The position numbers and the translations under genes were made by a program. The notes below the pieces were generated by a model. That model made no database searches and had not been told where the DNA came from. It saw only the letters and a program-made list of their open reading frames with translations. A DNA stretch of 64,000 bases, taken from positions 34,763-98,762 of the forward strand of contig CAIPMU010000019.1 of the NCBI GenBank assembly GCA_903866275.1. The letters run 5' to 3'. This stretch comes from Vampirovibrio chlorellavorus. Its GTDB lineage: Bacteria > Cyanobacteriota > Vampirovibrionia > Vampirovibrionales > Vampirovibrionaceae. Shown here one piece after another: positions 19,192 to 29,054 of this stretch (position 1 is its first letter; the number at the start of each line of letters is the position of its first letter).

Positions 19192-20124
19192 TTATACGCC
19201 GACCCTGACCTGAGCGCCTCGCGGAGCTCCAAAATTTGCCTCCGGCAAGCCTGAAATTGTGGCATTCACCATCAGCATTTGTTCAATCTTTTCAAAAACT
19301 TCGTGATTCAGGGCCAGCGTCAGATGATCGATGGCCGGATCATCGAGAATCAGGTTGTTCACCTCACAGGGCGCATCATTGGCAAGCTCCAGTACCCCTT
19401 TACGGAAATGCACCATGAAATCCCAGACCGTGAGCAGGCTATGATAGGCCACTTCTCGGGAATGCTGAACCACGTTGCGGTTCCAGTGAATCAATTCGTC
19501 AAACACCTTAGGCACAGGCTTATCCGGGTTGCCGGGCACCCAGATGTCCTTCAGCTGCTGAACACCTTCAGCCCCCAGGAATCCGGTCCCCAGAGACACC
19601 AGATTCTGGACGGCGGTTTTCGCGGTCAAGGTGCCTTGGGTTTCGAGCCAGTAATGGGTAATCAGTCCGCCCAGACAGTGTCCCACCACGTTAATTTTGG
19701 GGGCGTTGCACTTGTGCTGCAGAATCTCCACTTCGCGTTCCAGATGAGCAGCGGCAGTGGCCACGTCAGCCAATCCGTTTTCAGGCATGCTCATCACCGA
19801 GACGTTAAAGCCTTTTTGCTGAAAATATCCGTGCATCTCCCGAAAAAACACGCTGGGCGTATTCAGGCCCGGTACGATCAGGAGCGGCAATTCCTTGCTG
19901 TCGGGATGAACCGGCAGCTCGGTACTGGGCAGTTCCTTCACCGCAAAACAGCCCTGACGCTGCAAGGCGTAATAATCCTGACGAGCCAGTTTGCTGATTT
20001 TAGGCAAACGGCGAATGGCACTGAAGTAAGTCATCATGAACGCGCTGAAGTCGTTCAGCTGGCGTCGCTGACCGGGACTAATGAAATCACTGTTGAAATA
20101 GTCCTTGATGTTGCGAATTTCCAT
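19192..20124 (-). CDS. Alpha/beta-hydrolase (lipase-like) with Cys at the nucleophile position; start uncertain (20124 or 20178)
   Basis: 'PLLIVPGLN' oxyanion strand, 'INVVGHCLGG', 'VQNLVSLGT', Asp in 'WDFMV', His in 'IDHLTL'. Confidence 0.8.
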   Translation of the reverse strand: MEIRNIKDYFNSDFISPGQRRQLNDFSAFMMTYFSAIRRLPKISKLARQDYYALQRQGCFAVKELPSTELPVHPDSKELPLLIVPGLNTPSVFFREMHGYFQQKGFNVSVMSMPENGLADVATAAAHLEREVEILQHKCNAPKINVVGHCLGGLITHYWLETQGTLTAKTAVQNLVSLGTGFLGAEGVQQLKDIWVPGNPDKPVPKVFDELIHWNRNVVQHSREVAYHSLLTVWDFMVHFRKGVLELANDAPCEVNNLILDDPAIDHLTLALNHEVFEKIEQMLMVNATISGLPEANFGAPRGAQVRVGV

Positions 20125-20982
20125 CACGGTCAAGCGCCGCTGAATGGGATTCAGCTTGATCAGGGCAGTAGCAATCATGCTGCCCACCGTAGAATACATC
20201 CACGGAATAGGTTTATGCCTGAACGCGGAAGAACGACCCAAAAGCAAGTCCACACATACGTTAATCGAGTACCTACCTTTTATAATACCACTTTCGATCC
20301 TGAAAAAATCAGTCATTCGGTGCAATTCAGAGTAGGCGGTTATTTGTGACAACCATTTCAACCAAAGGCAGTCTCCGTGGGGTACTCATCCGATTTTACC
20401 CGAAGAAAAGCCTGCCCGAAAAGAAAAGCGGCGTTTCCAAACCTCGACAATTTTAGGTCAAATCACAATGGTGCGATTCTCTTTGGGAGAGCAACTCACA
20501 ACGGGCAAAGAAAAGGCCTGCATCGCTGCAAGCCCTGTGAATCAAAGATATTGGGATTATTGGGTTTATGGTGAACCTGTCAATGAAACCCGATGCAAGA
20601 CTCTTGTAAAATGAGCACAGCCAAGCCTGCCTGAAAGGCACCGCCAGACTTCACCCTGGAAAACCCCTTGATACCGATCAGAATCAGTTTACACAACCGT
20701 GAAACCGTTCTTTTCGAAAAGGTTTAGCCTGAAGTGCTTTTACAATTGTCCAGTTCGGGTGTGTGGCGATTGTTCAATGTGGAACTCTCTACTCTATTCT
20801 CCAGCAATAAACTCAACCATAGGATAGTTTAAGACCACTGGCTAAACAATTAGCCAGTTGGGCAGGTAGAAGCCCTTGCGTTTAGCCTGTTTGATAGCGT
20901 TCAGGAAGTAAAAATACACCACAACGCCCGCCAGAGTCGGTTATACGGACGCAAATAATCAAAAAGTCCGATCGGGTAAGCT

Positions 20983-21678
20983 TTAATTGACGTGCCGACT
21001 GATCTTCTTGATGGCCATATCGGCCCGCTGATTGATAGCCGGATCGGTTTGGGTTTTGGCCCACTTGAGGGCCTCCAGCACATCTGGCTCACTGAGACCA
21101 ATTTCGCCCAAGGCCCAGATCGCCAGGGCCACCACTTCCGGATTCTGATCGTTTCGGACGACCTGCACCAGCGGTGGGACGGCTTCGCTATATCGCAGGG
21201 TCCCCAGCTGCCAGGCCGCAATACAACGCGCATCATCGGCAGAATCCGGTTTGAGCAGTGCAATCAGATGAGGCACCACGGGCTTGCCAATCAGCCCCAA
21301 GGCTTCGGCAGCACTGGCAAAGACGTCATTATCCTGATCTTTCAAGGCATCCAGCAACACCGGGACGACTTCTTCCCGACCCGACATACCCAGCGCCTGC
21401 AACGAATAGGTTTTGACCGGAGGGGGTTCATTCTGGGCCAGTTGCTTCAGAAGATCCACGGCCCGCTCTCCACCAACTTTTCCGAGGGCCAGAGCGGCAG
21501 CACTGCGGACATCGGCCTCCTCATCGGCATCATTCAGGATTTCCTCTAAAACGGGGAGGCAGATGGGTTCAAATTTTTCCACCATGTATAGAATAGCGTT
21601 GAGGCGGCTGGAAGATGCGTATTCCTTTTGCCGGACAATATTGATGGCGGTTTCCAACGGTGTTGTATCGTCTTGCAT
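20983..21678 (-). CDS. HEAT-repeat (PBS lyase-like) protein
   Basis: Repeated units: 'VRSAAALALGKVG', 'VFASAAEALGLIG', 'ARCIAAWQLGTL', 'VVALAIWALGEIG'. Confidence 0.9.
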   Translation of the reverse strand: MQDDTTPLETAINIVRQKEYASSSRLNAILYMVEKFEPICLPVLEEILNDADEEADVRSAAALALGKVGGERAVDLLKQLAQNEPPPVKTYSLQALGMSGREEVVPVLLDALKDQDNDVFASAAEALGLIGKPVVPHLIALLKPDSADDARCIAAWQLGTLRYSEAVPPLVQVVRNDQNPEVVALAIWALGEIGLSEPDVLEALKWAKTQTDPAINQRADMAIKKISRHVN

Positions 21679-21802
21679 AGTAGACTTTTATTTAAACCTC
21701 TTTTTTAAAACCTCGATGCGTTAAAATTGATGCATGGACTCTGACTGGAGTCAGCCTGAAATCCAGAAATTTAGAAATCCTAGTTCCTAATCATGAGTTG
21801 AG

Positions 21803-24800
21803 TTGGCGGGTGACCCGGTGCTAAAAGTCTCGCATTTACTGATTGCTGCAATGCTAAGGCGTTCAAAGACAGGCCTGGGCCGAAAAGTGCGTTGTTTCTG
21901 TATTCTAATACTATTAACGCTCCCATTTCAACCGTTAGGGGCTGGACTGGAGACCGCTGAGGCTGCGGAACGACTGCCGATCGTACTGTTGCAAGAGTTA
22001 AAAAGCAACCCCGGATTTACCACATTGCTCAGTGCCATACAGGCCGCCGGGTTTGTACCACGCACGATCCGGGAAGACGATTTTTCCTTTAACATTACGC
22101 CGCAAAACAATCATACCGTGATTGTGCCGGTGGGCAACCACATCAGTCCGGAAGCCATGAACCAGTTGACCCACTATGTGGCCAAAGGCGGACGGTTGAT
22201 CATCATCCCCTTGGGCACAACCCCGGACGCCTCGGTAGTCCGTCTCTTATCGCTGGTTGAATTGCCGATTGGACAGTGGGTTCACGCCCCGGCCGGGTTG
22301 CCCCTGAACTGGAAAGGGCTGGCACAAGGCAGCGGAGAAAGTCTGCCACAGGAAAGCGCCCTGCTACGGATTCAGCCCAATCTGCAAACCACGATTCTAG
22401 CCACCTGGGGCTCCGATCTGCCCGCTATTGCGACCACCAGCAAGGGTGCGCTTCTCAACTGGCGATGGGGTCAGCAACTGTCCAGCACCGTAAACACCAT
22501 TGCCTTGGCCAAGGTGGTCTATCCGGGACGCCCCGATCCACTGATCCTGATGCAACAGGAAGACAACGACACCAGCCCGAAGGCCCCAACAGCGCCAACA
22601 GAGGAGCTGATGCCCCCTGCCCCGGTAAGTACCCGAAAAGCTTTACCCTCACCCTCGGGTTCTTCCTCAACGCTAACGGATGAAACCGCACAGCCGCAAA
22701 CTATACCAACGCAATCCATTCCAATTGCCAGGCCTGCAATGCCTTCAGCAGCTGTGCCCATCGGTCAACCTGATGGTTCTCCGGGAGTTAGCCCCTCCTT
22801 GGCGGGACAAAAGAACTCTTCTGAAACAAGCCACATGTCAGCTGCCAAGCCGAATACCGCCTCAAAAAAAACGGTGGCTGGAGCCAAAGCAACCAGTAAG
22901 GGCAAAGACAACGACGACGACGAAGTCCTCAATAATATTCTGGGCTTACCCGGCGGAGATTCGCCGAAGTCCGAGCCATCGGACGATATACAAAAAAGTG
23001 AGCCATCGGGCACTCAATCACCCGACAATAAACCAACCACTGAGGCTTCGGGAAGCACCCCGATGACCTCGCCCAAGAATCAGCAACATTTCAGCTTTCT
23101 GGACCCCGATGCTGCCTCTGTGCTCGCTCCGGCGTTTGATTACGGCGTATACTCCATGAACCTGCGCAAGCTGGATGATTACAAACGCCGGGTGAAAGAC
23201 GCGCTGGAAGCCGGACGACAACTCTCCCTCAATTTGCCCGAGGCACAGGTGAACGTCTTGCTGAAGGAATCGGATCTGCACAAGCGCAAGTTTGAATCGT
23301 TATACCTGTCTGGTCAAACCCAAGCAGGACTGGATGAAAACACCCTGGCGCATCACTCTGCATTGCAAGCGTTGGCCTTAACCACAACGTCCCCCAGAGT
23401 GGAAGGCCGCGCGATCTGGCTGGATCGGGGCAGTATTATCGCTAGTGGTGGCCCCGAAGGATTGAAAAAACGGATGCAAAAACTGCATCAGGCTGGCATT
23501 AACATTGTCTATTTCGAAACCGTCAACGCCGGTTTCCCGATTTATCCCAGCAAGCTGGTCAAGCACAACCCACTGGTCAACAACTGGGATCCCTTGAAAG
23601 TAGCAGTGGAAGAGGGGCATAAGCAAGGCATGGAAGTACATGCCTGGGTGTGGGCCTTCGCCGTCGGAAACCGTCGTCACAATGCCATCATCAACCAGCC
23701 CGAGGAGTACGCCGGTCCCATCCTCACTGAGGGCGGGATGATGAGCGAGGCGCTCCGCAACCACGAAGGCGGGCTGTCCGTGGATAGCCGTCAGCATGAG
23801 TTCTGGTTGAGCCCGGCCAGTCCCAAAGGTCGGGAATTCCTGCTCAACCTCTATCAGGAGATTGTCAGCAATTACGACGTCGATGGGCTTCAACTGGATT
23901 ATATCCGCTATCCTTTCCAGACCTCCGGCAACCGGATGGGCTATGAGGCCATTGGGCGTGAGCGTTTTGCCCAGGCGACCGGGCAAAGCCTGGACAGTGG
24001 GGATGACTACAACAATCGCATCTGGACCGCCTGGAAGACCTATCAGGTCAGCTCATTCGTCCAACAGGTCTCCAACACCCTGAAAAAAATCAAACCGGAA
24101 CTGAAGCTGTCGGCGGCCGTTTTCCCCATGCATCGGGAGGCAAGAATCGCGGCCATTCAGCAGGACTGGGAAACCTGGATCGACAACGGCTGGATCGACA
24201 CCCTGAGTCCGATGTCCTATACTTCCGATCCCGAGCGCTTGCAGGATCTGTTTGAGTACGTGCAGCACTCCCCCCGCAAGCACCCGCTGGTCTATCCGGG
24301 CATCGCCCTGCACCGGCTGGATGGGGGTCAACTGGTGCAACACCTGGAAGCGTTGCGCCAAAAGGGTGGTTTAGGCACCACACTGTTTGCCGGTTCGCAT
24401 CTGGATGACGACAAGGCAGGCACACTGGCGGCTGGCCCGTTCAAATCTACCGACAGCATGACGCCTCACCATGATGTGGTGAAATCCATGCAAGCCATTG
24501 TGGCCGACTATCAGGAGAAACTCACCGGCTTGCAACAGAATGGTAGCGTCACCACGCTATCGCCACAACAACAGGAGGCCCTGCAAGCCGCCTTGCAGCA
24601 GTTTAACGCCTCTCTGGCTGCGTTAGGTTCCGGGCGGCCACTGAGTGGCATTTCACACGCCAAATTACAAGTCGCGGAGCAGGCCCTGCGTCACCTCAGC
24701 CAAATTAGCCAAAGCTGGAGCGACGTGGATAAAACGGCCAGCCCCTATCGGGCTGCGTATTTTGAACGCGATCTGTTGTTGCTGAACGAATTAATGGGCT

Positions 24801-24955
24801 ATACAGCAGACAAACTGGGTTTGAAAACTGAAAACACCCTGACCCTGCAGGAGATCAAGCCATCGGCATCAGCCCCGACAGAGGCGGAACAGGCGCCCTT
24901 GACCCATGCTACCCCAGCGACCTCAATCAAGGAAGACAGTGATAGCATGCCTTAA
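21803..24955 (+). CDS. Glycosyl hydrolase-like family 10 (DUF187/GHL10) multidomain protein; start uncertain
   Basis: 'EGRAIWL', 'GINIVYFET', 'WDPLKVAVEEGHKQGMEVHAW', 'YDVDGLQLDYIRYP', 'QQDWETW', 'PMSY'; N-terminal signal-like segment and Pro/Ser-rich linker. Confidence 0.88.
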   Translation: MAGDPVLKVSHLLIAAMLRRSKTGLGRKVRCFCILILLTLPFQPLGAGLETAEAAERLPIVLLQELKSNPGFTTLLSAIQAAGFVPRTIREDDFSFNITPQNNHTVIVPVGNHISPEAMNQLTHYVAKGGRLIIIPLGTTPDASVVRLLSLVELPIGQWVHAPAGLPLNWKGLAQGSGESLPQESALLRIQPNLQTTILATWGSDLPAIATTSKGALLNWRWGQQLSSTVNTIALAKVVYPGRPDPLILMQQEDNDTSPKAPTAPTEELMPPAPVSTRKALPSPSGSSSTLTDETAQPQTIPTQSIPIARPAMPSAAVPIGQPDGSPGVSPSLAGQKNSSETSHMSAAKPNTASKKTVAGAKATSKGKDNDDDEVLNNILGLPGGDSPKSEPSDDIQKSEPSGTQSPDNKPTTEASGSTPMTSPKNQQHFSFLDPDAASVLAPAFDYGVYSMNLRKLDDYKRRVKDALEAGRQLSLNLPEAQVNVLLKESDLHKRKFESLYLSGQTQAGLDENTLAHHSALQALALTTTSPRVEGRAIWLDRGSIIASGGPEGLKKRMQKLHQAGINIVYFETVNAGFPIYPSKLVKHNPLVNNWDPLKVAVEEGHKQGMEVHAWVWAFAVGNRRHNAIINQPEEYAGPILTEGGMMSEALRNHEGGLSVDSRQHEFWLSPASPKGREFLLNLYQEIVSNYDVDGLQLDYIRYPFQTSGNRMGYEAIGRERFAQATGQSLDSGDDYNNRIWTAWKTYQVSSFVQQVSNTLKKIKPELKLSAAVFPMHREARIAAIQQDWETWIDNGWIDTLSPMSYTSDPERLQDLFEYVQHSPRKHPLVYPGIALHRLDGGQLVQHLEALRQKGGLGTTLFAGSHLDDDKAGTLAAGPFKSTDSMTPHHDVVKSMQAIVADYQEKLTGLQQNGSVTTLSPQQQEALQAALQQFNASLAALGSGRPLSGISHAKLQVAEQALRHLSQISQSWSDVDKTASPYRAAYFERDLLLLNELMGYTADKLGLKTENTLTLQEIKPSASAPTEAEQAPLTHATPATSIKEDSDSMP

Positions 24956-25303
24956 GGCGTGTTGCACTGAAGTCAACCAGACACTCCAGCAATTGCCTCC
25001 ATTTTAGATTCGGATGCGTGTTGATTTGACCTGAAATTCTCATGGTTCCCTCTCTAAACGGCGGAAAGTGACGGATCCACCTGCTTTATGTTGTTTTTAA
25101 ATATTTACAAAAAATAAAGCAATGCGTGTCTTTAAAATGTTTTTATTTAAAAAGAGCGCATATCTGAATTATTGATCCATGATGCATAAATAACCACACG
25201 AAGAGAGACTATTTTCGAATTGTTTAAGGGAAACAATGCACCCGTGGCCTAATGTGCTTCCCCTTTCCTGACCGCAAGCCCTTACAAATGCTTGCCGTAA
25301 CTG

Positions 25304-26257
25304 TTGATTGGAGCGACAACCTTGCTATCTCTCTACGATTCAGCCTATTCAGCATCATCGGCTACCAGCCCACCGGCCAAAACCGGCAGCGCTACACCGG
25401 TCAACACGGCAGCGCCAAAACCTAATTCCGCCGTGGCTGCTCAAGGCAGTTCGCCTGCATCAGCCAGTATACCCAACGCCTCCATGATGCAACTGCTGCA
25501 ACTGACGGTTGAGTTCCTGAAACTGGCAATGAGCGATATGACATCCACGTTACCGGGAGCAACTGCAAGCCCGTCCGCAGCTGGTGGTTCACTCACTCCT
25601 ACAGGGTCTCCCACGATTGCTGGCACTGCCGCCAGCAGCCCAGGTTCAGGCGCAATGGTACCGACCGGTGGTCAGGTAACTACTGCACCGTCTCAACCTG
25701 CAACATCCAGTGCCCCGACCGCTCCGGCAATACCCGTAACAGGGAAGCACCAGCCGGTGGTGGCAGAAATTGATGATTTTACCACGGATAATACCGGCTT
25801 TAACCACGGGGCAGAAATCGCCAATACGCTCAATCCCGATGGCAGCGTGAACGTCCTGAAATTCAATATCGGCGGCAGCGGGGATCGCTTGGCCAAGATT
25901 GCCAACTCGCTGGATACCGTCATTGCCCGTGTCAAAAATGGTGAAACCATCGACGCTGTAAACTTATCGCAGCAGGATTTCAGCAATAGCCCGGAAACCG
26001 CACAGGTACGCGCCAAAATCGATGAACTCGCAGCATTGGGTGTTCCGGTTGCGGTGGCTGCGGGAAACAACGGACCCAGTCAGCATAATTCACTGATTTC
26101 CAATAAAGCCTTTGCGGTGCAATCCGCCACCAATGGACTGGCCAATCCCAACTCTGGCTTGGGTAATGTCACTGCCGAAGGACGAACAACGTCCTTTGCC
26201 ACTGCCAACTTCACACGACAACTTGCTTTCAGTCGAGCATCGAGACAACAAGTTTAA
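25304..26257 (+). CDS. Protein with Ala/Ser/Thr/Pro-rich N-terminus and compact subtilase (S8)-like C-terminal domain; start uncertain
   Basis: 'VAEIDD' (Asp), 'NHG' (His), 'AVNLS', 'VAAGNNG' (oxyanion Asn), 'TTSFAT' (Ser). Confidence 0.7.
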   Translation: MIGATTLLSLYDSAYSASSATSPPAKTGSATPVNTAAPKPNSAVAAQGSSPASASIPNASMMQLLQLTVEFLKLAMSDMTSTLPGATASPSAAGGSLTPTGSPTIAGTAASSPGSGAMVPTGGQVTTAPSQPATSSAPTAPAIPVTGKHQPVVAEIDDFTTDNTGFNHGAEIANTLNPDGSVNVLKFNIGGSGDRLAKIANSLDTVIARVKNGETIDAVNLSQQDFSNSPETAQVRAKIDELAALGVPVAVAAGNNGPSQHNSLISNKAFAVQSATNGLANPNSGLGNVTAEGRTTSFATANFTRQLAFSRASRQQV

Positions 26258-26279
26258 AGAGAGAGAGAGAGAGAGAGAG
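26258..26279. repeat. (AG)11 microsatellite
   Basis: Perfect dinucleotide run directly after the TAA at 26255-26257. Confidence 0.95.
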
Positions 26280-26313
26280 GGTGTGTACCTGCTCAATCAG
26301 AAGCAGGCACAAT

Positions 26314-26341
26314 CAAAAGGAAGGCGAATGCCTTCCTTTTG
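26314..26341. terminator. Likely bidirectional Rho-independent terminator between convergent genes
   Basis: CAAAAGGAAGGC-gaat-GCCTTCCTTTTG. Confidence 0.8.
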
Positions 26342-26366
26342 TGATGTTGAATGGTGCTAAGCCTAA

Positions 26367-27266
26367 CTAAACCAGTGCAAGGGCACCCAGTTTTTGGGCC
26401 ATCGTTTCGCCCATTTTGGCGGGGCTTTCCACCACGGTGATGCCAGCGGCTTGCAGGGCTTTCATTTTTTCAGCGGCCGTGCCGTGACCACCGGAAATAA
26501 TGGCGCCCGCGTGGCCCATGCGCTTGCCGGGAGGGGCGGTTTGTCCAGCGATGAAGCAAACAATGGGTTTGGTCACATGCTTTTTGGCGAACTCGGCCGC
26601 TTCTTCCTCGGCGGAACCGCCAATTTCGCCGATCATGATGATGGCTTTGGTTTCCGGGTCGGATTGGAACAAGGTCAGCGCATCGATGAAGTTGGTGCCG
26701 TTGATGGGGTCGCCACCAATACCGATGCAGGTGGATTGGCCAATACCGCGCTGAGTGAGCTGATCCACAGCCTCATAGGTCAGTGTGCCGGAGCGGGAAA
26801 CCACGCCCACCGGGCCTTTTTTGTGAATGGAACCGGGCATAATGCCAATTTTGGCCAGATCCGGAGAAATAACGCCGGGGCAGTTGGGGCCGATGAGGCG
26901 GGTATTGGGGAAGTCACGCAGGAACTGCTTCACGCCCATCATATCATTCACCGGAATGCCTTCGGTGATGCAGACCACCAGCTCAATGCCAGCCGCCGTG
27001 GCTTCCATAATGGCGTCCGCTGCAAATGGCGGGGGCACGAAGATCATCGTGGCGTTTGCCCCAGTGGCCTCGCGGGCTTCTTTAACGGTGTTGAACACGG
27101 GAATCGGCGCACCGTTAACCTCCACGGTGGTGCCGCCCTTGCCGGGGGTAACGCCGCCGACCACATTGGTGCCGTACTTGGCGCAACCTTCCGCATGGAA
27201 GTGGCCTTCTTTTCCGGTAATCCCCTGAACGATGAGTTTGGTATTTTTAGTTACAAGTACTGCCAT
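26367..27266 (-). CDS. sucD: Succinyl-CoA synthetase alpha subunit
   Basis: 'VQGITG', 'GGVTPGKGG', 'IGPNCPG', 'SRSGTLTYE', phospho-His motif 'RMGHAGA'. Confidence 0.98.
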   Translation of the reverse strand: MAVLVTKNTKLIVQGITGKEGHFHAEGCAKYGTNVVGGVTPGKGGTTVEVNGAPIPVFNTVKEAREATGANATMIFVPPPFAADAIMEATAAGIELVVCITEGIPVNDMMGVKQFLRDFPNTRLIGPNCPGVISPDLAKIGIMPGSIHKKGPVGVVSRSGTLTYEAVDQLTQRGIGQSTCIGIGGDPINGTNFIDALTLFQSDPETKAIIMIGEIGGSAEEEAAEFAKKHVTKPIVCFIAGQTAPPGKRMGHAGAIISGGHGTAAEKMKALQAAGITVVESPAKMGETMAQKLGALALV

Positions 27267-27341
27267 TATTAGTTCCTTTTTGAATAAAATGCTTAAATTT
27301 AAAATAATCAGGTAAGTAAAGAGTAAATTTTATTCAACTAT

Positions 27342-27626
27342 TCACAAAATCTCATGAGCAAATTGACAAAGAAAACCTAATAGGATACATCCTAGTCCTA
27401 TTTTTGACATTAATGCATGATATTTTTTTTTCATTCTTGTTTCTTGATCATGTTCAGCACAAGTTCTTCCATCCGCAAATATTGAGTTGTCTTCAAGAGC
27501 CAAATATGTGCCTTCCTCAAAAGAGGGTTGAGGTGGACCCCAAATAAAAATTATGATTGTTCCGACGATGGAACAAAAAAGCCCAAATGGATTTAGCCAT
27601 ATTTTCAAAAAAATAATATCGACCAA
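27342..27626 (-). CDS. Small AT-rich two-TM hypothetical protein between sucC and sucD
   Basis: 94-aa ORF with hydrophobic N- and C-terminal helices, in a segment much more AT-rich than its flanks. Confidence 0.6.
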   Translation of the reverse strand: MVDIIFLKIWLNPFGLFCSIVGTIIIFIWGPPQPSFEEGTYLALEDNSIFADGRTCAEHDQETRMKKKYHALMSKIGLGCILLGFLCQFAHEIL

Positions 27627-27655
27627 AATTTATAACCTTTGAAATTATAATTATG

Positions 27656-27699
27656 GATTTCCCAAGTGCTCAAAATTATGTTCAAACACTTGGGAAATC
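27656..27699. repeat. 13-bp perfect inverted repeat / long stem-loop
   Basis: GATTTCCCAAGTG-N18-CACTTGGGAAATC; extendable by G-U pairs on the minus-strand RNA; 13 nt after the sucC stop. Confidence 0.85.
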
Positions 27700-27712
27700 A
27701 GAAAAAGAGAAA

Positions 27713-28897
27713 TTAACCTACAGCAACGGGCTGCTTCAAAAAGCCGGAGACTTTTTCGGCGCCTTCTTCCATGGTTTCGGCCACGGCATATTGAATACCG
27801 GACTCGGCCAGGATTTGCTTGCCTTGCTCCACGTTGGTGCCTTTCATGCGGATCACCAGCGGCAGATGCAGCTCCAGTTTACGGGCGGCCTTGACCACGC
27901 CTTCTGCCAACTTGTCGCAACGCAGAATCCCGCCGAAGATGTTGATGAAAACCACTTTCACGCTCTCATCGCTGAGCAGAATGCGGAAGGCGTTCTCCAG
28001 CGCTTCATCAGTGGCACTGCCGCCCACATCCAGAAAGTTCGCGGGGGCTGCGCCGTACTGCTTGATGATGTCCATGGTAGCCATCGCCAGACCAGCGCCA
28101 TTGACGAGGCAACCCACGTTGCCTTCCAGCTTGATGTAGTTCAGGTTGTAGCGGCTGGCTTCCACTTCCAGCGGATCTTCCTCATCGGTATCGCGGTAGG
28201 ACACAATGTCGGCGTGGCGGAACAGGGCGTTGGAATCAAAGCCCACTTTGGCATCCAGCGCGAACACGCGGTTATCTTTAGTCACGACCAGCGGATTGAC
28301 TTCCACCATCGCGCAATCGGCTTCGATAAAGCACTTGTACAGATTGCTGATCAGTTGCAGCGCATCTTTCATGCCCTCTTTGGGGATGTCCAGCGCGTAA
28401 GCAATCTTGCGGGCCTGATACGGCTGCAAACCCAGCGTGGGGTGCACATGCTCTTTCAGGATACGCTCAGGGGTTTTCTCGGCGACTTCTTCAATGTCCA
28501 TGCCGCCATCCTGGCTGACCATGAACACCGGGGAAGACGTGGCCCGGTCCAGCACGATGCTGATGTACAGCTCGCGTGCAATGGCAGAGGCTTCTTCCAC
28601 CAGCACGGACTTCACTTTTTTGCCTTCGGGACCAGTCTGGTGCGTCACCAGCTGCATGCCCAGGATCTGTTTGGCGGCTTCGCGAACGCCTTCCAGAGAA
28701 TCCACCACTTTGACGCCGCCGCCCTTGCCGCGCCCACCGGCGTGAATCTGGGCTTTCACCACGTAGCGGTTGTCCGGGGTTTTCAGGATTTGCGCGACCT
28801 GCACGGCTTCATCCGGGCTAAAAGCCACCTGGCCGTTGGGCACCGGAATGTTGTACTTGCGGAACAGTTCCTTGGCTTGGTACTCATGGATTTTCAT
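27713..28897 (-). CDS. sucC: Succinyl-CoA synthetase beta subunit
   Basis: '[12 protein letters not shown]', '[15 protein letters not shown]', '[12 protein letters not shown]', 'ANFLDVGG', '[10 protein letters not shown]'. Confidence 0.98.
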   Translation of the reverse strand: MKIHEYQAKELFRKYNIPVPNGQVAFSPDEAVQVAQILKTPDNRYVVKAQIHAGGRGKGGGVKVVDSLEGVREAAKQILGMQLVTHQTGPEGKKVKSVLVEEASAIARELYISIVLDRATSSPVFMVSQDGGMDIEEVAEKTPERILKEHVHPTLGLQPYQARKIAYALDIPKEGMKDALQLISNLYKCFIEADCAMVEVNPLVVTKDNRVFALDAKVGFDSNALFRHADIVSYRDTDEEDPLEVEASRYNLNYIKLEGNVGCLVNGAGLAMATMDIIKQYGAAPANFLDVGGSATDEALENAFRILLSDESVKVVFINIFGGILRCDKLAEGVVKAARKLELHLPLVIRMKGTNVEQGKQILAESGIQYAVAETMEEGAEKVSGFLKQPVAVG

Positions 28898-29054
28898 GTG
28901 GGGACCTCTGCATCTCTAATGCTCAAAACAGTTCAAAAAATAGACTAAACTCAAAACCCGAGCCACCTGAGCGGGCATCAAACCCGACTTGCGGCAAACA
29001 CAGCCCGAGCCCGCCTAATCAGGTGTAATGCCTGTTTAGGCCTGAGCCAGAACC

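Noticed and set aside
19279-20349. 356-aa + strand ORF
   Set aside because: Antisense to the alpha/beta hydrolase, which carries the recognisable motifs.
20837-20858. Perfect 9-bp hairpin ACTGGCTAA/TTAGCCAGT in a long intergenic region
   Set aside because: No U-tract on either strand and no second copy seen, so no function can be assigned.
27653-28948. 431-aa + strand ORF (and the similar 292-aa ORF at 26394-27272)
   Set aside because: Antisense shadows of sucC and sucD.
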